Assembly: GCA_963676565.1 (NCBI GenBank)
Contig: OY781089.1
Location: forward strand, 608,001 to 672,000
Direction of reading: 5' to 3'
DNA from: Halarcobacter sp.
GTDB lineage: Bacteria > Campylobacterota > Campylobacteria > Campylobacterales > Arcobacteraceae
Length of the DNA stretch: 64,000 bases
Shown here in pieces: positions 58,561 to 64,000 of this stretch. Positions within the stretch are counted from its first letter, which is position 1, and each line of letters starts with the position of its first letter. The position numbers and the translations under genes are program-made. Under the pieces are notes generated by a model. That model did not search any database, was not told where the DNA came from, and worked only from the letters and a program-made list of their open reading frames with translations.

Positions 58561-59277
58561 TTACTTTTCATCTTCAAATATTCCACCCATACTTTTCATC
58601 ATCTCTTCCATCATTTTTTGTTGTTCTGGAGGTAAATCTTCCATTTGTTTTTGATTTTCTCTCATCATATCTTTCATGGTTCTAATAGGATAATTTGGTA
58701 ATTTAAATTTACTATCATCAAGAGAGATATTTAATTTAACTTTTGTAGCTATTTGAGTCTCTTTTATACCCATCGCTTCAGTTTCTATTTTTAAAGGGAT
58801 CCCTTTATAAATGCACATAGAAACTCCGCTTACATTCCATATATCACATCTATATCCAGCAACTTTTTCACTACCAACTTTTACACCGCCAAGGGATTCT
58901 AATCCTTTTTTCCCATCTTGATTAAAGTATATATCTTTTTGATCTTTTGGGATAGTTTGTTTATAAATAACATTCTCTTCATTATCAACACTATAAACTA
59001 CACCATTATCAAATTTTGTAGTCTCATCTTCAATCTCTTCTTGTCCCATTATTGTTTGAACTCTATGTTCTTTAGCTAATTCAAGGGCACCATAATTTTT
59101 AAAAAAAAGTGATTTATTACCTATTAATTTTGTAGGCATACCCATCATAGAGCCACTACCTGAGATTTTGTAATCTATAGCTGCTGATTTAATCTCATAA
59201 CGTTTTGTATCTGCAAATAAAGAACTAACACTAAATATTAAAATAATACCTATTAAATAGATAAAATGATTTTTCAT
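58561..59277 (-). CDS. Exported hypothetical protein (DUF4412-like), Met-rich tail
   Basis: Signal peptide; GSEKVAGYRCDIW. Confidence 0.6.
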   Translation of the reverse strand: MKNHFIYLIGIILIFSVSSLFADTKRYEIKSAAIDYKISGSGSMMGMPTKLIGNKSLFFKNYGALELAKEHRVQTIMGQEEIEDETTKFDNGVVYSVDNEENVIYKQTIPKDQKDIYFNQDGKKGLESLGGVKVGSEKVAGYRCDIWNVSGVSMCIYKGIPLKIETEAMGIKETQIATKVKLNISLDDSKFKLPNYPIRTMKDMMRENQKQMEDLPPEQQKMMEEMMKSMGGIFEDEK

Positions 59278-59346
59278 AACTTCTCCTTTATGACAATCTT
59301 TATCTAATTATACTCCTCTATAATTAAATAGGTTATTAACTATTCT

Positions 59347-59976
59347 TTATCTTGAAGATAGGGCTAGTTTTACTGCAAGAGCCCCTAAAACAAAAGAGGT
59401 TATGATATTCATATATTTTGCAATACTTGGGTTCTCAACTAATCTTTTACTTAATACATTTCCAGCAATTCCAATTGAAGAGAAAACCACAATAGTCATT
59501 GCCATAAAAATCAGCCCTAGAAATATCATTTGTAAAGGTACATTACCATTTGCTGGTGTGACAAATTGAGGTAAAAAGGCTAAAAAGAAAATAGAAACCT
59601 TTGGATTTAAAACATTCATAAAAAAACCTTTTACATATAGTTTTTTTAGTTCACCACTACTATTTTGAACAGATAAATCAAGGGGTTCATTTCTATATCT
59701 AAACGCTTGATATGCTATATAAAGTAAATAAGCAGCTCCAGCATACTTTACGATATTAAAAGCTATTTCAGAGGTTTTAAAAATCACAGAGATACCAAAA
59801 GCAGCGGCACTTGTATGTATTATAATCCCTGTACAAAGCCCAAGGGTAGTTACTATTGCAGCTTTTTTACTTTTTGTCATCCCTTGCGTTAATACATAGA
59901 TATTATCAGGACCTGGGGCAAGACATAGTAAAAATGAAGCTATTAAAAATAGATATATATTTGAAAGTTCTAACAT
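59347..59976 (-). CDS. LysE/RhtB-family exporter; probable start 59976
   Basis: APGPD, GAAYLLY, NPKVSIFFLAFLPQF. Confidence 0.92.
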   Translation of the reverse strand: MLELSNIYLFLIASFLLCLAPGPDNIYVLTQGMTKSKKAAIVTTLGLCTGIIIHTSAAAFGISVIFKTSEIAFNIVKYAGAAYLLYIAYQAFRYRNEPLDLSVQNSSGELKKLYVKGFFMNVLNPKVSIFFLAFLPQFVTPANGNVPLQMIFLGLIFMAMTIVVFSSIGIAGNVLSKRLVENPSIAKYMNIITSFVLGALAVKLALSSR

Positions 59977-60194
59977 GCAATTACCTTTAAATTGTCCCAA
60001 TCTAAAGGGACCAATTATTATCTGTCTACTTTTTATCAATGGATGTAAAATCCATTTAAAAGTAGCAAAACACTAAAGGGCTTTAAGAATAAAGCCTAGT
60101 AAACTTGTCTTTGAATTATAACAAAAACTATAAAAAAATATTCCATACCACCAAATGAACACCATTTGTCACTAAAGTGTCACTATAAAAAAAT

Positions 60195-61550
60195 TTGGAG
60201 AGAATTATGAACTATTCTGAAAAAAGATATTTAACTTATGGTGTAATTACAATCTTTACACTTCTGCTTCCTTTTATAACTATAAATGGAAACCACATGT
60301 TGCTTTTATCCTTTGATAAATTGCAATTCCATCTCTTAGGATTTGTTTTTAATATGAACGAACTATATGTGATGCCGTTTTTATTAATGTTCCTATTTAT
60401 TGGCATTTTTGCCATGACAGCAATGTTTGGTAGAGTTTGGTGTGGATGGGCATGTCCTCAAACTATATTTAGAGTAATATATAGAGACTTAATTGAGACA
60501 TGGCTTTTAGGGTTAAGAAGAATAAAGAATAAACAAAAAGATATTGATTATTCAAAAAACAATAATAAAATCAAAAAATATATTGGTGTAATTTTATGGA
60601 CAATACTATCTTTTGTTGCTGCTTCGAACTTTATGTTGTATTTTGTTCCTCCTGAAGATTTTTTTAATTATATACAAAATCCAAGTGGACATCTTATCCT
60701 TTTCATGTTTGTTATAAGTATTGCATTATTCTTAGTTTTTGACATTATATTTATGAAAGAAGATTTTTGCACCTTTGCCTGTCCTTATTCTAGAATTCAG
60801 TCAGTTTTATATGATGATGATACTAAACAAGTTGTTTACAATACTAATAGAGGTGGTTCTGTTTACAATAAGGGTGAAAAATCTATTTTTGATGTAAAAC
60901 AATGGGTAGCAAATGAAGAGTGTACAACCTGTGAAGCATGTGTTAAAATCTGTCCAACCCATATTGATATTAGAAAAGGTTTACAAGTTGAATGTATTAA
61001 CTGTTTAGAGTGTTCTGATGCTTGTAGTACAGTGATGGGTAAACTTGGAAAAACTTCACTTATTGAATGGGGAAGTACAAATTCAGTAATAAAAAAGAGA
61101 ATCACTACTATTTTTTCAAAAAGAAATATTGCATATTTAGCATCTTTAGTTTTTTGCATAGTTTTAGCAGGATATTTTGCATCAGGGAAAGAAGACTTTT
61201 TAGTTAATATAAATAAAACTACAAAACTTTACAATATTGAAGAAAATGGATTGGTTTCAAATAACTATCTAATTACATTACATAATACAAGTAGAAAACC
61301 TATAGATCTAGCTGTTGAATTGATGGATAAAGAGAAATATGAAGTGAAAAGATTTAGAGAAGTTAAACTTAATCCAAAACAAAGGGTGAAAACAGTTTTA
61401 ATTATAAAAGTAAAAGAAAAAATGTTCTTATCAAATAAAAAAGATACACCATTAAAAACTAAAATTAAATTTTATGACAAAAACAATTCTAAAATTAGTG
61501 TGATAAAAGAAAGCTCTTTTATTTATCCAAGAAATGATTTAATTAAATAG
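60195..61550 (+). CDS. ccoG: Cytochrome c oxidase accessory Fe-S protein CcoG/FixG
   Basis: GRVWCGWACPQT, FCTFACPY, CTTCEACVKICP, CINCLECSDAC. Confidence 0.93.
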   Translation: MERIMNYSEKRYLTYGVITIFTLLLPFITINGNHMLLLSFDKLQFHLLGFVFNMNELYVMPFLLMFLFIGIFAMTAMFGRVWCGWACPQTIFRVIYRDLIETWLLGLRRIKNKQKDIDYSKNNNKIKKYIGVILWTILSFVAASNFMLYFVPPEDFFNYIQNPSGHLILFMFVISIALFLVFDIIFMKEDFCTFACPYSRIQSVLYDDDTKQVVYNTNRGGSVYNKGEKSIFDVKQWVANEECTTCEACVKICPTHIDIRKGLQVECINCLECSDACSTVMGKLGKTSLIEWGSTNSVIKKRITTIFSKRNIAYLASLVFCIVLAGYFASGKEDFLVNINKTTKLYNIEENGLVSNNYLITLHNTSRKPIDLAVELMDKEKYEVKRFREVKLNPKQRVKTVLIIKVKEKMFLSNKKDTPLKTKIKFYDKNNSKISVIKESSFIYPRNDLIK

Positions 61551-62862
61551 CTTTTTCAATAAAGAGGGAGAAAACAGCTCCTTCTTTATCATTTTCTACT
61601 TCTATTTTCCCATTAAAACTATCTTTTATAATAATCTTTGTTAAATATAAACCAATTCCTGAACCATTCTCTTTAGTTGTAAAATATGGTTCAAAAATCT
61701 TATCCATAATTCTTTTTTTAATACCACCTGCATTATCCTTTACTTTGAGTATAACTTCAGCAGATGTTGAATCAACTTCAACTTTTATAATTGGTTTTTC
61801 TGTGTCTTTTAATGCATCATTTGCATTTGATATTAAAGCCAATAAAACTTGAGAAAGTTCATTTCTTATCCCAAACATTTTTATATCTTCACTTACTTTA
61901 AAATCAATAAGAAATTGAATATTCCTTTTTTTCAAATCTGCACTTAAAATTGTAGATACATTTTCAATTACTTCTTTAATACTAAAATACTCTTTTTTCT
62001 TAGAGGGTGCATAAAACTCTTTAAAATCGTCTATTGTTTTTGATAGAAAATTCAATTGACTATTTGCTTGATTTACTTTTTTTTCAAAATATTCACTATC
62101 TAGTTTTTTATTTTCATATTTTTTCTTTAGATTTATTAAAATATATGAAATATTGTTAAGTGGTTGCCTAAATTGGTGTGTGATATTTTCTATCATTTCA
62201 CCTGATTTAGCAAGTCTTGATTGTTGTAAAAGCATATTCTCAAAACTTTTGTTTTGTTTTTGTAGAGTATTGTATTTATAAGCAAGAGATAAAGTAAATA
62301 ATATTGCTTCAATAGCAAAAGCAACTAAAACTAAATCCATAAAACCTTGGTGCTCATAATAGGTTTTAAAATCAAAAACAAATACAATAAAACAAAAAAA
62401 CGACCAACCTATTACATAAACAAAATTGGCTTTAAACCCATCTCGTAAATTAAAAGCAACAGATATAAATAAAATGGCATAGATAATTGTATATGGAAGA
62501 TATTCAAAAAGTATATAATGATAAAAAGCAGTTAATATAATGATATTTAAAATGATGGTATTTATAACTAATTCTTTAAAGTTTTCTAATTTTGGAAAAA
62601 ATTTACCTTCATAAAATCCAATTGCAAAAACTAAAGAACTTAAAGTTGCAAATAGTAATGAGATTTGCTCTACATAATGGGGTATATTAAACAATTTACT
62701 AGTAGAGAATATAAAAATTAAAGAGAAAATCTGGGTTAAACAATAACTAATATAAAATAGCTCTTTAGAGTAGATATATCTAACAAAAGTGTAGACTATA
62801 GTCATTATAACTATTCCAAAAGTTATACCATAGGCTAAAACTATATTTAAATCAGACATCAA
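61543..62862 (-). CDS. Multi-TM sensor histidine kinase
   Basis: ITHQFRQP, DNAGGI, GSGIGL. Confidence 0.92.
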   Translation of the reverse strand: MMSDLNIVLAYGITFGIVIMTIVYTFVRYIYSKELFYISYCLTQIFSLIFIFSTSKLFNIPHYVEQISLLFATLSSLVFAIGFYEGKFFPKLENFKELVINTIILNIIILTAFYHYILFEYLPYTIIYAILFISVAFNLRDGFKANFVYVIGWSFFCFIVFVFDFKTYYEHQGFMDLVLVAFAIEAILFTLSLAYKYNTLQKQNKSFENMLLQQSRLAKSGEMIENITHQFRQPLNNISYILINLKKKYENKKLDSEYFEKKVNQANSQLNFLSKTIDDFKEFYAPSKKKEYFSIKEVIENVSTILSADLKKRNIQFLIDFKVSEDIKMFGIRNELSQVLLALISNANDALKDTEKPIIKVEVDSTSAEVILKVKDNAGGIKKRIMDKIFEPYFTTKENGSGIGLYLTKIIIKDSFNGKIEVENDKEGAVFSLFIEKAI

Positions 62863-63532
62863 TTTTATACCCAGATCCCGAAAGATTTTGAATTATATCT
62901 TTTGGTATCTTTGTTTTTAAATTTTTCATTAAAGTTTTTAATGCATCTTTTGTCATTACGGAGTCTTTCCATACAAAGTTTTCAATTTCTTCATATGTAA
63001 CATATCTATTTTTATTAGATAAAAGTAAAAATAACAGTTCTAGTTCTTTTGCTCTTAATTTTACAAGTTCACCGTTTTTTACTAAGGTTTTGTTATATAA
63101 ATCAAAAGTAAAATTCTCAGGTAGATGAATAATGTTTGAATCATCATTTTCAATATATTTTATACATAGATTTAAAGCTTCATCAAACTCTTTTTCTTTT
63201 ATGGGTTTGATTAAATATTTTACTAAACCTAATTCGATGGCTGAAAAAAGATAATCTTTATTAGAATAAGCACTTAATACAATAACTTGAGTTTTTTTAT
63301 CTTTTTTTCTTATATTTTTTATAAACTCTAAACCATTTAATTTTGGCATTTGTATATCTGTAATTATAATTTCTGGTTTAATCTCATCATATAGTTTTAA
63401 AGCTGTTAATGCGTTTGATGCTTCATATAAGTTTTCAAAATAGTTTTCTAAGTACTCTAAACCATTTTCTCTTGCAATATCATCATCTTCAACATATAAA
63501 ACTTTTATTCTTTTATTAATCTCATTTTGCAT
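62852..63532 (-). CDS. OmpR-family response regulator
   Basis: YVEDD, TDIQMP, YLIKP. Confidence 0.93.
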   Translation of the reverse strand: MQNEINKRIKVLYVEDDDIARENGLEYLENYFENLYEASNALTALKLYDEIKPEIIITDIQMPKLNGLEFIKNIRKKDKKTQVIVLSAYSNKDYLFSAIELGLVKYLIKPIKEKEFDEALNLCIKYIENDDSNIIHLPENFTFDLYNKTLVKNGELVKLRAKELELLFLLLSNKNRYVTYEEIENFVWKDSVMTKDALKTLMKNLKTKIPKDIIQNLSGSGYKIDV

Positions 63533-63581
63533 ATGATATTATATCTTTTATGTTAAAATTCTCCCTTATTAAGGAAATTTC

Positions 63582-64000
63582 ATGAGACCATATAAACAAA
63601 CTGTAAAGAAAAATATTTTAGCAACATCTACCATTAAAACACCCCTAGGAGATATGTTTTGTGCCGCTACTTCTAAAGGTGTTTGTTTATTAAGTTTTTT
63701 TAACTCTAAACATCTAGAAAAACAAATTGAAAAGATTCAAAAGTTTTTTGATGCCCAAGTAATACCAGCACACAATAAATATTTTGAATGCTTACAAAAA
63801 GAGTTAGATGAGTATTTTGAGGGAAAAAGAAAAGAGTTTACAGTCCCTTTGCAATTAGTAGGTACACCTTTTCAACAAGATGTGTGGAAAGTTTTACAAC
63901 TAATACCCTATGGTGAAAAAATATCTTATAAAGATGAAGCCTTGCTTCTAAAAAAACCAAATGCTTCTAGAGCAGTTGCCAATGCAAATGGTCAAAATAT
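63582..64000 (+). CDS. ogt: Methylated-DNA--protein-cysteine methyltransferase (3' end outside window)
   Basis: Manual translation: TPLG, GTPFQQDVW, IPYGEKISY, RAVANANGQN. Confidence 0.9.
   Translation, partial: MRPYKQTVKKNILATSTIKTPLGDMFCAATSKGVCLLSFFNSKHLEKQIEKIQKFFDAQVIPAHNKYFECLQKELDEYFEGKRKEFTVPLQLVGTPFQQDVWKVLQLIPYGEKISYKDEALLLKKPNASRAVANANGQN

Noticed and set aside
3808..60039. Extended N-termini in the ORF track (rlmN 3849, helicase 23423, accB 35856, dctP 43720, SurA-like 50030, LysE 60039)
   Set aside because: Downstream starts have better SDs and match the expected family N-termini.
2274..61159. Numerous 60-170 aa ORFs antisense to or nested in clear genes (e.g. 2274, 3138, 5603, 14253, 20840, 31197, 45849, 47460, 60863)
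   Set aside because: Shadow frames of well-supported genes, with no SD or domain signal.

Overview
AT-rich chromosomal window from a Campylobacterota bacterium, most likely Arcobacteraceae judging by gene content and order. Two parS palindromes (3842, 9383) suggest it lies near the replication origin. Most of it is housekeeping or metabolic: gltX, rlmN, hisF, rsmA, rnj, kdsD, rarA, hemJ, an anchor-less SdhAB-like pair, asnB, pit, a DEAD-box helicase, accBC, an L-/D-lactate utilisation cluster (lutABC, two-component system, TRAP, Fe-S D-LDH), gatB, gpsA, trxA, proA and ccoG. The standout is a ~6.45-kb integrative element (20546-27069) bounded by two complete identical tRNA-Val(GAC) genes. It encodes a tyrosine integrase, an RNase HI plus SF2-like helicase operon behind tandem T7-promoter-like motifs, a membrane-anchored Mrr-like nuclease and a truncated antirepressor. 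It also carries a motif resembling the T7 terminal-repeat start. It has no capsid, terminase or polymerase, and by manual scan no GATC or RAATTY site although both are common in the flanks. My working hypothesis (inference) is a 'T7-island'-like satellite of an Autographiviridae-type phage carrying a defence cargo. Other points: a candidate sRNA next to an RRM gene, unannotated small ORFs, and an AEC transporter that seems to start at ATC. All calls come from reading the sequence; no searches were run.
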